Positions 40,101-52,082 are shown, counted from the first letter of the stretch. The stretch is DNA of 57,842 nt from Nemertoderma westbladi (GCA_032718475.1 JAUCBJ010005723.1:1-57842); one strand, 5' to 3'. Program-made: numbers and translations. The notes: generated by a model not told the origin, from the sequence alone.

Positions 40101-40859
40101 TATATAATATAAAATATTGTACATTAAATGACATTGTATTACTAGTTAATTAATTGCAAACTGATATCAACCACATTATTAATCAACAGCCTATTATTTT
40201 CTCGCTATCCTTTGGCTGACGTACGCATGAGCGCGCTATCATGAAGCCTTACAAGTGACAATATTCATTATTACCGGTATGTAAATAAATCTATATCGAG
40301 AAATTGAAAGAAAATCAATGGACTACTTTTACGGAATCATTGCCCGTACAGGCCTTACTTGAGGCTTTCTTTCAGTATACTATACAGTAGGTACGGGGAG
40401 TTTGAGCTTGACATTCAGCTGGTAGGATGGTGACGTCTGAAAAAGTCGTAACGAAAAACGAAATGTAGTGGGTTGTACGTACAGTAACGGTTGTAGCTTA
40501 GATTATTATTAACAATTACTGTTGACAGCGCGGTGGGTTTGTGTCGCATTTTGAAAGCAACCGTAGTCTGACAGGTCACCGCGAAGTGTATCTCTGAACC
40601 GGGCTTTAGGCCTGTGTTATTTGCATGTTCTGTTGTCTGTTCATTTATAAATTACGGGCCAGGCCCTCGCAAAAACAATTCTCATAGAAAGCCTATCGCT
40701 AAGAAACATACTGTATTTACAAGTAAAGTTACTAAGTAAAAAAATACTCAAAAAATTATTATATCAATGTAATTCTTAAAATATTTGTTACCGCTTTGTC
40801 AGGTGATGTTCCGCTGAAATTATTACATAATTATCACTAATAATCTGTTACATTCGAAT

Positions 40860-41347
40860 TCAAGGAACTACTTGTTTTACTTCTGGGTGAGTGTCTATGT
40901 AGTTGAGTAGGAAGGCAATGGCGGCTCGCTGACCAAGTTTCACCACATATTCCTTATCGAGTTGATCCAGTTTGAATGTGGTCGTGCTTACGTAATCCGT
41001 GTTTATTCCAATGATGCGTTCTATATCATCTGCTACCATGTATACCTGCTTCATGTTTACCACAACCAAGTCTAACATGGTTCTGAAGAACCCGCTCAGT
41101 CCCTTGATGTTCGCTCGCTGTGTTGATATGAACTTTAGTGAGGCTGTGGCACCAAGAGTTTCCGCGAAGGACAGCATCTCGACGAAGCTGACCTTGCCGT
41201 CGTTGTTCTTATCGAGGTTGTTCCACACAGTATCGTAATCGAAGTCCTCGCCAAACAGCAAGGTCGCATGTACGTGATGGAAGTCGTGGTCCCCCACTCC
41301 GTCTAGAATCTTTGTGAAGGTTTCCTTGTCCACCGAGTTGAAACTGT
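40860..41347 (-). CDS. Nested gene last exon 9 (EF-hand DKNNDGKVSFVE plus patatin C-terminal segment, stop)
   Basis: catctag|AC...TGA; canonical 12-residue EF loop; ERIIGINTDYVSTTTFKL...KLGQRAAIAFL resembles the C-terminus of bacterial patatins. Confidence 0.92.
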
Positions 41348-41904
41348 CTAGATGCAAAAAAGGGTCTCAATTATATTTAAAATCTCTTTTTTGGAATCGT
41401 CCATTGTCATTAACGAATAATTTTGCTACTTTTTTTTATTTTAATTACATTTATTGTATTTTTATGAATATATGTGACCTTATTTTCTTCCATTTTAATT
41501 TATTTTAATAGACACTAAATATAAATACTATATATATATTTATTTTCAGTTATTTTTTGAAATGTGAATGTATGTCACAGTTTAGGAAAGCAAGAATGAA
41601 AACGGAATTATTATTTAATTTAATTTCTTTCATACGATGTACCCAGTATGTAATTATATTTTATTTATATTTAGATTACCATCTTAATTAATATTATTAC
41701 ACCATATTGTTTTATTAATAAATATAATATCATTAAAATAATTATATATCAATAATTAATTATTAATAATTATAAATAATTATAAATTTATTTTTTTTTA
41801 TTTTACTTGAATAAAATATTAATTTTAAGTAAATTTATTTTAAAAACCTCTAAATTTATAGAATAATTCTAAATTATTATAATTTCTTCCATTTCATCAC
41901 TAAC

Positions 41905-42094
41905 CGTCTTGTTGGCACATCCGAGCGAGTGCATGAATGAACTTATCGAAACATATTAACAGCGCCATGTGCTCCTTCTCCAACCCGCTCTTTACAACGT
42001 CGAATGCCGCCGCCTTTGCGGCCAGTTTGGTAGACGGGCGCACCGGTCTCGTTGTATATTTTCTATTTCTCAAATCGAGAGATTCTCGCATAAG
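41905..42094 (-). CDS. Nested gene exon 8 (LMRESLDLRNRKYTTRPVRPSTKLA...ALARMCQQD)
   Basis: ttttag|CTT...GACG|gttagt; phase 0-1. Confidence 0.85.
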
Positions 42095-42718
42095 CTAAAA
42101 ATAATGAATACTGTTAATATTGTAATGGAAAATTCACCGAAGCGTGTGTGGTGCGAGCCACAAGTCAATGGGCCTTACCATATACATTTCAGTTCAGGCT
42201 ACACAGCGTTGTCATTCCGTCTGCATCAATCAATGTTGGAACGTGAATATCTCAGCAACGTATCGTTCATATTTTGTGAGGTTTATAGAATCTCACCATA
42301 AATCAGATAGGGGGGGGGGGGGGGGGGGGGGGGGGAGAGATCTTTCGAACCAATCAAAATCAACATACAAACGGGCAAATAACAGCTGATTACGAATACA
42401 AATTCAATTGTAACCTAGGTGCTATTCACTTTCTTCGTTCGTGTATTGTTTTGTTTTTTTAATTGTCATGTCACTGTAACCTGCTCCTTTCCCTGGAATT
42501 GATATTTATCATTGTTGTTTCGCCGAGGTTTGCGGCAACCCCTCCCCACCCCTCCCCTCCCCTGCTCCTGTCTCGAGTATTCACTTCACACTATACCAAA
42601 TCGGTACGTACCGGTACTAAAAACTATACACCATGACTTGGTATTTTCCCCACAACAACAACTTTGTTTATATTTTCACACTGAATATTATTAGGATGAG
42701 TATTTGTTTGCTACTCAC

Positions 42719-42844
42719 CTCGGGATCTCCATCTGCATAAACCATGAATCCAAGCGTCTGGGGATTAGGAGGTTGGAATCTCACTTCTTTAGAGAGCAGT
42801 TTAGGTATTTCCCAGAAGGGTTGCAGTTTCCGAAAGAAGCTATC
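42719..42844 (-). CDS. Nested gene exon 7 (DSFFRKLQPFWEIPKLLSKEVRFQPPNPQTLGFMVYADGDPE)
   Basis: tttcag|GAT...GAG|gtgagt; 'NPQTLGF' resembles the post-DGG strand; phase 0-0. Confidence 0.88.
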
Positions 42845-43062
42845 CTGAAAGTCAATTATTTTATTCATTGAGCTGCCATATGTGGGAATAGAATAAAGAC
42901 GCCCACTACCGTAAACCCACACTGCACAGCATATGGTATGACATCCTATTAATTATTAATTTACTGAGTAATATGTGACAAAATATATTACATTTTTCTG
43001 CAATTTTGTCAATATTTTTTCTGTGCGATTTAATAAACACCATATTTTTATTTCCCACACAC

Positions 43063-43254
43063 CTGCGCCTTCATTGAGAGCCACCAACCATCGTAACAAT
43101 GCAGTGGGAAGTTGGCTACTATTCCTCCATCTACATAGACGTCTGTGCGCTTTAGAGACTTCTCTTTTACGGCTTGGAAGAGACCTGGGATTGACATACT
43201 CATTCGCAACGCCAGTCGTACTGGCATATCCGGCCGTGTTTTCACATGGAGGTA
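43063..43254 (-). CDS. Nested gene exon 6 (YLHVKTRPDMPVRLALRMSMSIPGLFQAV...YVDGGIVANFPLHCYDGWWLSMKAQ; catalytic Asp, DGG)
   Basis: tttatag|TAC...CAG|gtgtgt; RMSMSIP and YVDGG patatin motifs; phase 0-0. Confidence 0.93.
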
Positions 43255-43928
43255 CTATAAAATAATTTGACTCGTTGTGAATTATATTACAATTTATTTC
43301 CTTCCACAACGTGAGACAGTGGAGACAGCCACAAAAACAACGGTAATTATAGCACAATACGTATAGAAAAACAACAAAAAAGTAACAGATAATATTAATT
43401 TCAGTAAGTAAATAACACGAGTGGGAAGCTACAACCGATCTCAGCGAACAATTATAATTATACTATGGCTAGTTATATACACCTATTCTGATGTTGGCTT
43501 TCGACACACACAAACACAATGACACACAAACCCCTTTTGGAAAACGGCTATTGTATAATTGTAACAGATCGCTGATGGAATAATTTGCACAATAATTATT
43601 TCTTGCGCTGGCATTGCTTCCGAATATTTTGTGGCATACATTGATTGTTACTTGAGTTCAAATGCTCGTCAATTTCATTGTAGGTCATATCTACAATAAA
43701 TTATCACAAGATATCATATTATCATCATCATACCCACTCTTCTTGACACAAGGTTCAGAGGCATCCTACCTATCTGGACGTACTGATTTCTAATTGATAT
43801 TCTGAGCGATTACGATTTAAATAACAATTTTCATGATTAAGGTGCGAGATTGCGGATTTTTTTTATGAAATGTATCGTTACAATCAAAGCATACATACGG
43901 GATTGTTCTGACAACGTGACTCACTCAC

Positions 43929-44064
43929 CTCCTCGCAGGACTGACTACAGTTGGTGACTACAATACACAGTTCTTTCCCAAACTGCTCGTAAATTCCTTG
44001 GAAAGTAACATCAGGATTATTGGTTTTCGTCTGTAGAACTTGCCCGAACCATTCATAAAGGCGC
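43929..44064 (-). CDS. Nested gene exon 5 (RLYEWFGQVLQTKTNNPDVTFQGIYEQFGKELCIVVTNCSQSCEE)
   Basis: caatag|G...GAG|gtgagt; 'DVTF...L.IVVTN' patatin segment; phase 2-0. Confidence 0.9.
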
Positions 44065-45975
44065 CTATTGTGAAGTTTTTGGAAAATCAAAAGTAAAACA
44101 CGAGTTCAGTGCTGCAAAGTACACCCGCCAATTAATTATTGAATGTAATAGAATAAATACATAGAAATGTACGAATAGATTAAGGTAAAACTGTAATTTC
44201 ATGCAAAATATTGAGTGAAGGAGTTCATTTGAAAGGTAAAAGAATATAATCTTCAATTAAATGTTGGGTTATACATATAGCGTTCTCTGGAATATTTGTG
44301 AAGGCATTTGGAGGAAGTGTGTGTGTGTAAGAATGCATCTTCTTTGCCCGCAAAAACAACTTTGTGGAAATTTCCTTCGGTGGATGAATATGATTTATTT
44401 CCTATTGGGAAATTGCAATGCGGTATGAGAAAACCTGCCAAGCACCTTATCACCCGTACTGTTCGGGCTGTATATCAGAATCGTTCTTAATAAATATAAA
44501 TATCAAGCCAGGCCTTTGAAATAACTAAACAGGGGGGTGAGGTGGGCTCTGGGATGTTGTTAAACTGACTTACGCAGGCCGGATGTCCACTCTACGATCG
44601 GACATATCGCAGCGCGATGAGATTATATGCTAGTTCGCTGAGCCCGTTAATAACGTTTGCTTTCCCCAGTGACTACCTAATGATATTAGGTTCCTTTGAT
44701 GTCTCTTTTGTTTTTCCTCGGGCCGTTGAGAAAATGAATTGTTTCAAACTGCGGTCGCTGCGATTCTACGATCACCTATAATCCCGCATCTTGGAACAAT
44801 CCCGTCCTGCTTCATATAATTCGTTTGAATAATTCACATGAGAACGAAATGAAATTGTAATCATTAGACATCTGGTCACATTGAGTCCTCGCGTTAATGA
44901 GATAGCTAGCTTATGGTGTTCTCTTACAGGGATTGTTTATTGTGAGGTTGTGGATTTGACAACAGGGCAGAACTCTTGAGTATTATTATACCTCAGCTAT
45001 ACTCTCTTCTCTGAAGTCCGAATTCTACAAACACCCTTGGGTATGGGTAATTATATGCCGGATCCTTCCGGATCCTTCATCTCAGCTTCCAATTTATAAT
45101 CCATCATAGCTACGCTAATAGCATACTCCACAAGACAAGTCATCATTGATTGTCAGTGTGGAGTGTCATTTGGCATTAGATACCCCATAGCCGCTATGCA
45201 TTATGTTTTATCATCGTACCCAGGTTAACTTTCTTTATTACACGCACAATGCTGAGGTAATGAAGGTTTTTTCTTGCCTTTATGCAAAATCCGCTTCCTG
45301 CTGACTTTCAGAGTCCCACTGGGATTTTACATTACATTTGACAATCATTTGGAGCGAGTTTTATATAATATTATATGGTGATATTTTTAATGAATTTGTA
45401 AAACCTTTGAATAATTTTTCTTAGTAAATCGGTCATAATTACATTAAATGAACAAAATTGGTGTTCTCTCTCTCTGTACTGTAAGGACACCTGATCTCAC
45501 AATCATGTTCGTTTCTGGATTCTCAGGTGTATTAAGACACACAAACCAACTGGCCTACTATGTTTTTCTGCGAGGTAACACCATCTTAAGTTAGAAGTAC
45601 AATTGAAGTGTTTAGACATCAGAAAACAATCGAAAAATAATAATGCTCGTACCGGATCTGGAATTGTACCAGGGAGGGACATTAATATAAGTTAATTAAT
45701 ACATCTGGTAGAGAAAAGCAGTTTATCGATTTACGTTAGCTTACAATGGAACAAAAACCAAAATTCCGACAGTTTATATATATCCCCGATATTCACAGTA
45801 TTAACATATTAACATTGTTATTTAAAATACAATATTTTAGTGATAATAAATATATTTTAGTTATTTTAATTTTATAAGATTATTTATCATGTCTACAGTC
45901 AGTATAAGATTTTGTGAAAGTTCATCTTAATTAAAAGGACCCCACCCCAACCCCTTCTTATCTAAAGTGACTCAC

Positions 45976-46152
45976 ATTCCCGGATTCCAGCCGAAATGTT
46001 TTTTAAGACTTGGCCAGAAACTTAGAAACCCCCATCTGTGATCCATTGTGAGTTGCTTTAGATCGAGCGATAAATATTTAACAATCTCCGCTGTAGTGCA
46101 ACCGATTGCAAGTAAAGTTGCTGTGATAGCCCCTGCTGATGTACCAGCTAGT
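45976..46152 (-). CDS. Nested gene exon 4 (LAGTSAGAITATLLAIG...KHFGWNPG; catalytic Ser, GxSxG)
   Basis: ttgcag|A...GGAAT|gtgagt; GTSAG nucleophile elbow; phase 2-2. Confidence 0.93.
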
Positions 46153-46433
46153 CTGCAACACAATAAATATTGTTAATGGTGGTTTTTTGTATCATAGCTG
46201 GTTGTGATGTCTGGTGGACGCGCCTCCCGCTTTTAACTCTGGCGCTCTGAGCATTCCGATAGCGATAAATGGCAGACCTGTAATAATGTGTTGTTTAAAT
46301 CGGGCGGTTGTTCTGTCTGTGAACTGCAACTCTCCAATTTCTTTAATTTAAACTTGGTAGGGTTGAATTTGCCAGTAGTAGAGAACTACATAGATGATGT
46401 GTTCATCTTACTCAAGTAAGGATTCTTGCATAC

Positions 46434-46624
46434 CTTTTGACATTTTTCCATGCGCCGACCTGCTCCAAGACCTGTATGGCCCCTATATATGCGATGCCTT
46501 TGCAGCCGCCCCCTTCCAGAGCCACATTTTCCCAAGGCCAGATGTAATTCGACAACTTCTTTATCTGCATCTCAAACTCGCACTCGGAATTACGTTCTCC
46601 TTTTTCTGGTTTGGTTAAACCGGC
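46434..46624 (-). CDS. Nested gene exon 3 (…WPWENVALEGGGCKGIAYIGAIQVLEQVGAWKNVKR; patatin glycine-rich oxyanion loop)
   Basis: ttagtag|GCC...AAAAG|gtatgc; LEGGGxKGIAYIGA patatin block I; phase 0-2. Confidence 0.9.
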
Positions 46625-46866
46625 CTACTAATAAACAGTAAAAAAGAAAGATAAGTGTATAAATAATTATTGAGTTTATCGGTTATTATAATTTATTTAT
46701 GGACCAGTTACTACCGATGATGTGGCGGCCGACAAACGTTATTGATGAATGTGAAACTCGAAACACCAGTGGCAACCCAAAGGCTGATCTCCCTTGGCTG
46801 TTACCTGTAAGACAGGAATTGTTCTACATGGATTCCCAAGGTCGAATAGAAATTAGGTTTACTTAC

Positions 46867-47009
46867 CATAGCAAAATTTCCAGTTTGCGACGATTCCTCC
46901 AGCACTTGAATGACTAATTCGTTCCTTCTTCTCACTTTATCAAATTGTTTTAATCTCGATGCCTCCGATATAGGTCGCTCTACAGGAGTATTTTTCTTGA
47001 GCATGCTCA
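46867..47009 (-). CDS. Nested gene exon 2 (LSMLKKNTPVERPISEASRLKQFDKVRRRNELVIQVLEESSQTGNFAM)
   Basis: ttccag|TG...ATG|gtaagt; phase 1-0. Confidence 0.75.
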
Positions 47010-47514
47010 CTGGAATATACAATTTCAGTTTGTTTTATTTCAGTATTTTTTACATAAATATACAGGGGTCTGTAACACTGTATAGTGTCTTTTCGGGATC
47101 AGTTGCGTATACGGCTACATTTTTATTTTAGAAAAGAGGTATTTTTGTGTATTATGTATATAATATGTATTAAAAAATATAATTTGCACAATGTTTTTGA
47201 AATAATGAAGTCTTTTCATCGTATAAAATTATTTATGTATTATGTTTCATTGTCAATTTATAGGAATTCTGAACTTTAATATTGCAATCTTAAACCATGA
47301 CCTACTACAGTATTAGTATGTCATGCTTACACTTAGCATACAGTTGTTATTCTCCGCTTTAGAACATTAAAGAATACGCATATACGTGTTCTAGAAGTTT
47401 ATTGTTTCTAAATTAGTGATTAATTTGCAGCGTTACGAGGATACCTCCAGAGCGTTCTGCGTTGACATAATGTAACAAAATACAAATATAACACCTTAGT
47501 GTGGACTCACTCAC

Positions 47515-47932
47515 ATCTATCCTTCTTTTCTGCTATTTCGTAATATTTGTGTTGTTTTGATTTTACCATGGGAACTATCGTCGATTCGGCTCCCCTCTCC
47601 ACGGCGATTTGCTTACTCTTGTTCCCTTGTTGGACGCACTTTACCACTTGTATCACTGGCGCACGGCTTCGGAAATTATACTTAATATTGTTGGACCGGA
47701 CAGGCGTGATGCTTCCATCGAATTTCAACAAATCATCATTTTCGCGCGAGTGTGAATTTCCGAATTGTGCTCTGAACGCGGTGATAAATTTTTTCGTGAA
47801 GGCGTTGTCTTTTCCTCCATTATCCTTGCCCCCATTACTTGTTTTAGTTAATTCCTGGTCGTTTGAATTGAGAGGCGGCTGCCTTTGAGGGCTATATTCT
47901 TTGCCTTCGTTGGTCTTTGAGGGATTCGACAT
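47515..47932 (-). CDS. Nested patatin/EF-hand gene, coding exon 1 (MSNPSKTNEG...EKKDR; low-complexity N-terminus)
   Basis: ATG in aaataATGt context; 418 nt open; donor AGAT|gtgagt in phase 1 matches exon 2. Linked to the patatin exons by phase and position only. Confidence 0.7.
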
Positions 47933-48055
47933 TATTTTTATATTAATTAAATGTTTTATTTTCGTCGAAATTTTAGAATTTGCTATATGTTTGTAAGTTT
48001 TTATATCTATATTCACATTAGATGAAATATCGACTTTATCGACTTGATTTCAACA

Positions 48056-48452
48056 GCATTACTATGCTATGGGTACCCACTTTTTGACCAATTTTTTCAT
48101 ATGAAAATGGCTTTTATTATGAGTTTTCTTGTTCTAGAACAAATATTTGACCTTATCACAGTAATATGTTTTTAGCTATTAATTTTGATTTTGTGTTATC
48201 TAGTACTTTTTATTAGCTTGTAAAAAAATTTAACTTATTATATGGAAATTGTCTAAATAAATGGGAGCATTTTCTTTTGTAATTTTTAGAACACTAGCTT
48301 CCTTAAAAGACACTAGCTACCATAATAAAAAAAATAATAGCTAATGTCTCTCAGAAGGTGAAATTTATGTTCTAGAACAAAAACATCAACGATAATATCC
48401 ATTAACAAGGTCAAATAATTGGTCAAAAATTAGGTACGCATGGCAAGTAATG
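48056..48452. mobile_element. Degenerate TIR MITE just upstream of the nested gene's start codon
   Basis: GCATTACTATGCTATGGGTACCCACTTTTTGACCAATT vs inverted AATTGGTCAAAAATTAGGTACGCATGGCAAGTAATGC. Confidence 0.7.
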
Positions 48453-48897
48453 CCATATCAGCCCGTTTGCAACACTAAAGAATATATCAACCTTAACTTA
48501 ATGTACTTTCTACTGTTTCTGAGATCGGATTATAAATCACTTTGGTTGGTATTTCAATATCATCATCGCATTTACACCACTTAATCAGTGGTGCGATGTT
48601 AATCTATAACAATAATCAATTAATCGAATTAAAAAAGTTAATACTAGCTTTGTAAAAAAAAAACCTGAAATCTTATAATTGTTTATTAATGTTCTAGAAC
48701 AATATTTAGCAACACTATTAGGTAGGCCTACTATGCCATGGACTTCCACAAGGGGCCATATTCTTAGTTCTCACTAGCCATGTAGTCCATCTGGTACTAG
48801 TAGCGGTGGTACCAGACTGGTTAAGATAGCCCAAACTTTGCACTAAATTTAGGTTAAATCTAGTCTGACTAACTGTGATAGCTGATTATAACCTATA

Positions 48898-49787
48898 TAC
48901 ACCATGACCCGTAATATAGTGTCATTTTCTGATGACACGGACCCCCCCCCCCAAATTTTTCTACAAATTTTATCATATTGCTTGAAATTTGAAGCACAAC
49001 TAGTTCCACTCACCGTGGTTGTTACCATGAAGCCGGAATTTTCGATTTCGCCTTTAAATTTTATTTATAAGCGTTTTAAAAAAGTGCCTTTTGCGAAATC
49101 GCACCCTCTGTATCATTGCCATTCTTCTCTTTAGTCGTAATTTTTTCACATCAATAGAAAGCTTGCGTAGCAAGGATTTCAAATATGTAGCAATGTCTGA
49201 ATTTCGTTGAGAACCAGCTGAGAAATAGGCATTCAAAGATTGCAAGAATTATTGTTCACTGCAGGCCATTTATTCTCTTTAATAAATACACAATATTCTG
49301 GAACAATTTGTTTATGTATGATTAGCTAGGCAATATAGATATTGTATAGGCATACCGCTGTTGCCTACCAACTCATAAAATAAATAACACGTTCTAGAAT
49401 TTTGTGTATTTATTAAATAGAATAAATGGCCTGCAGCGAACAATAATTCTTGCAATCTTTGAACGCCTATTTCTCAGCTGTTTCTCAACGAAATTCAGAC
49501 ATTGTTAATATTTGGAATCCTTTCTATTGATGTGAAAAAATTACGACTAAAGTGAAGAATGCCAATGATACAGAGGGTGCGATTTCGCAAAAGACATTTT
49601 TTTAAAACGCATATAAATAAAATTTAAAGGCGAAATCGAAAATTCCGGCTTCATGGTAACAACCACGGTGAGTGGAACTAGTTGTGCTTCAAATTTCAAG
49701 CAATATGATAAAGATTTGTAGAAAAATTTGGGGGGGGGGGGGGTCCGTGTCATCAGAAAATGACACTATATTACGGGTCATGGTGTA
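48898..49787. mobile_element. Long-TIR (foldback) MITE with TA flanks; termini related to 7575-8469
   Basis: TACACCATGACCCGTAATATAGTGTC.../...GACACTATATTACGGGTCATGGTGTA; highly similar arms of about 400 bp (mirror ORFs at 48904+ and 49753-). Confidence 0.92.
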
Positions 49788-49839
49788 TATATATACTAAA
49801 TAATAAGTTAGTAATATTAGTTAATATTTTTTTATTTAG

Positions 49840-49950
49840 GTAATCATAACGGTGTTGCCATGCCAACCAATATACTGCCTGTTATTGCATCGAGTACATC
49901 CTCTGATCCTAGCATCGCTAATCATACATTTTCTAACGGCATTATACAAG
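49840..49950 (+). CDS. CELF4: CELF exon F (linker: NHNGVAMPTNILPVIASSTSSDPSIANHTFSNGIIQ)
   Basis: tttatttag|GT...CAAG|gtatgt; 111 nt, phase 1-1, open frame. Confidence 0.75.
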
Positions 49951-50012
49951 GTATGTTTTATTTTATTTTATTCAATTATTTCTACTTTATTGCTGTCGAC
50001 ATTGCCAATAAA

Positions 50013-50215
50013 TGGGTAGGTGTAAAACGCGGATCCGGATCCGGATTCCAAAATTATCAACTAAGGGAAAGGAGTAGGTTACAGTGGCACGTTATTTTAA
50101 CCAAAACAATAAACTAAAGTCAATAGAACAGGTTATAGTTTTATTTTTGGGAGTTATAAAAATGTTAAAAAAATCGACTTCCATAGGGACAATGATCCGC
50201 GTTTTACTCTGACCC
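50013..50215. mobile_element. MULE-like MITE of the AGGAGCAGGTTAC...AACCAAAACAATAAAC family
   Basis: TIR GGGT..G.GTAAAACGCGGATC / GATCCGCGTTTTACTCTGACCC; internal motif shared with ~11660, 17470, 38610, 54310 and 57335. Confidence 0.7.
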
Positions 50216-50735
50216 ATAAATAATGTAACAATTTATTGCAAACTAATTTTGTTGTATAATAAATAATAAATTGTCATGACAACTACATCCCTCCCAGCGT
50301 CCCAGGACGGTATGTATGGTCATGGTATTTTATTTACACTTCGTACAGCTGTAAAGTAGCAACACACTAACTTGGTATTCAAACCCCCCTCCACACCCAT
50401 ATCAGGACTGCATTGGAAATAATTGTGTAGTCTGGTTTCAAATCATTTTAAATCGCACATTATTTAACCTCGCTTGCGCTCGGTAAATAAAATGTCTCGA
50501 GAATAATGAAAAACAAGTTCTACTTTTTTTCCCATGTAATAAATAATTATTTAATGTCTTATTTTACCAAATAATTGTTTAAATCCTGCCTGATGTAGTG
50601 GTCAAAGCCACTCCATCAATATAAATGTTACTTATATTATACCTACAATGTTTTTGTACGTAGTTTTCGCAAGTCTACAAACTGTCCTCAGTGTTGTTTT
50701 TTTATGTGCTTCGCATTAATTTGACTCCTATACAG

Positions 50736-50900
50736 CCGGTTCCAATGGTGAAGTGCCAGTCACAGCCGCAGAGTTCATAGCCAATGGAGGGACAGTGAAT
50801 ATAGGCAGCACTGGGGCCGGTATAACGGGTCAACCAATGGGGCACCCACCAACTCTTATCTACCACCCAGGACCGGAGCTAGCGTATGCTGCGCCCTCTA
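50736..50900 (+). CDS. CELF4: CELF exon G (linker: AGSNGEVPVTAAEFIANGG...ELAYAAPS)
   Basis: tatacag|CC...CTA|gtgcgt; 165 nt, phase 1-1; GC-richer than its flanks; weaker donor. Confidence 0.75.
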
Positions 50901-51434
50901 GTGCGTATAATATTTATTGTGTATTTGTGTTGTCTACGCAGAGCCCGTTTGTTTGTTATTATATTAACCGTAATTTGCGACAATTAATTACCCCAATAAC
51001 TTATTTACATCATTTTGTGAAAAGGTAACATTTTTTCAGAATTATGTATGACCGTATTGTATATGTACCGAGATAAGTTTACATAAATAGACTGTTCTTT
51101 AATTGAATCGATCGAATACAATTCGAATGAATTCAATACAATGATGTTAAGTAAATAGTTACATGAGATGAGAGCGACCTTAACTTCTTTGAGGCATGAT
51201 ATTTAGGAATAGCACACATTTACGGAAACATATATAGATTTAATGATATAACAGTAGAATAGATAGCATTACTGAATATAACCTAAAAGTGATTATTTTT
51301 TACTTTATTACTTTATTAATTATTTTTTTGTAGTTTGTTTTAGTTCAATTGATGTTTATACGGATATACTTCACCATCTCCGCAATTTAACGTTGTGCTA
51401 ATTTAATGCAATCAATGTACGTATTGCTTTTCAG

Positions 51435-51527
51435 ATATCCCAGTTTTTGGACACCAAGGAATTCCTGGCTGTTTCACGGGGGCCACAGAACAGATGGTTG
51501 CTGCTGCAGCATGCTATATGCCATTTG
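51435..51527 (+). CDS. CELF4: CELF exon H (linker: NIPVFGHQGIPGCFTGATEQMVAAAACYMPF)
   Basis: ttttcag|AT...TTTG|gtgagt; 93 nt, phase 1-1. Confidence 0.8.
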
Positions 51528-51645
51528 GTGAGTTCCTTAGTATTTATAGTTAACTATACTAAAAGTTAATGAAACTCAAGGAAATCATACTTCAGATAAT
51601 GTTGGTTAAGTATCTTAGTTATTTACTGTCTATTTTGTTTATCAG

Positions 51646-51788
51646 CTTCGATACAAGCCCCTCCAGCCATCGGTCTCACACCGCAGGCTATGGCTACGCT
51701 CTCGCTCCCACCGGGAACTGTCCTCCCACCTACACCGCAGAAAGAAGGGCCCGAAGGTTGCAATCTCTTCATCTACCATCTCCCACAG
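51646..51788 (+). CDS. CELF4: CELF exon I (…PPTPQKEGPEGCNLFIYHLPQ, start of RRM3)
   Basis: ttatcag|CT...CAG|gttaac; EGPEGCNLFIYHLPQ is the CELF3-6-type RRM3 start (CELF1/2 have GANLF). Confidence 0.96.
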
Positions 51789-51979
51789 GTTAACGACTAA
51801 ATATTTGTTTATTTTAGAAAAATTACGTAACATTATTTTGTTCAATTATTTAAATCCACATACAGTAGTCAACTCAATAGCGAATAGTCGTAAAATTACA
51901 CCGAGTCTCAATTATTGTTGTCATAATGGAGCTATGAATCTTATGATCATTGCCAACATGCTTTATATATTTTTTTCAG

Positions 51980-52082
51980 GAATTTGGTGATGCTGAACTC
52001 ATTCAGATGTTTCTACCATATGGTAGTATTATTAGCTCCAAGGTGTTCGTTGATAGGCAAACTAATCAAAGCAAATGTTTTG
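51980..52082 (+). CDS. CELF4: CELF exon J (RRM3: [35 protein letters not shown])
   Basis: ttttcag|GAA...TTTG|gtgagt; closely matches the CELF3-6 RRM3 sequence. Confidence 0.97.

Noticed and set aside
46712-46804. Extra nested-gene exon after the acceptor-like TCTTACAG at 46805
   Set aside because: In the required phase 0 it hits TAA; the alternative AG gives no phase-compatible donor; exons 2 and 3 already join in frame.
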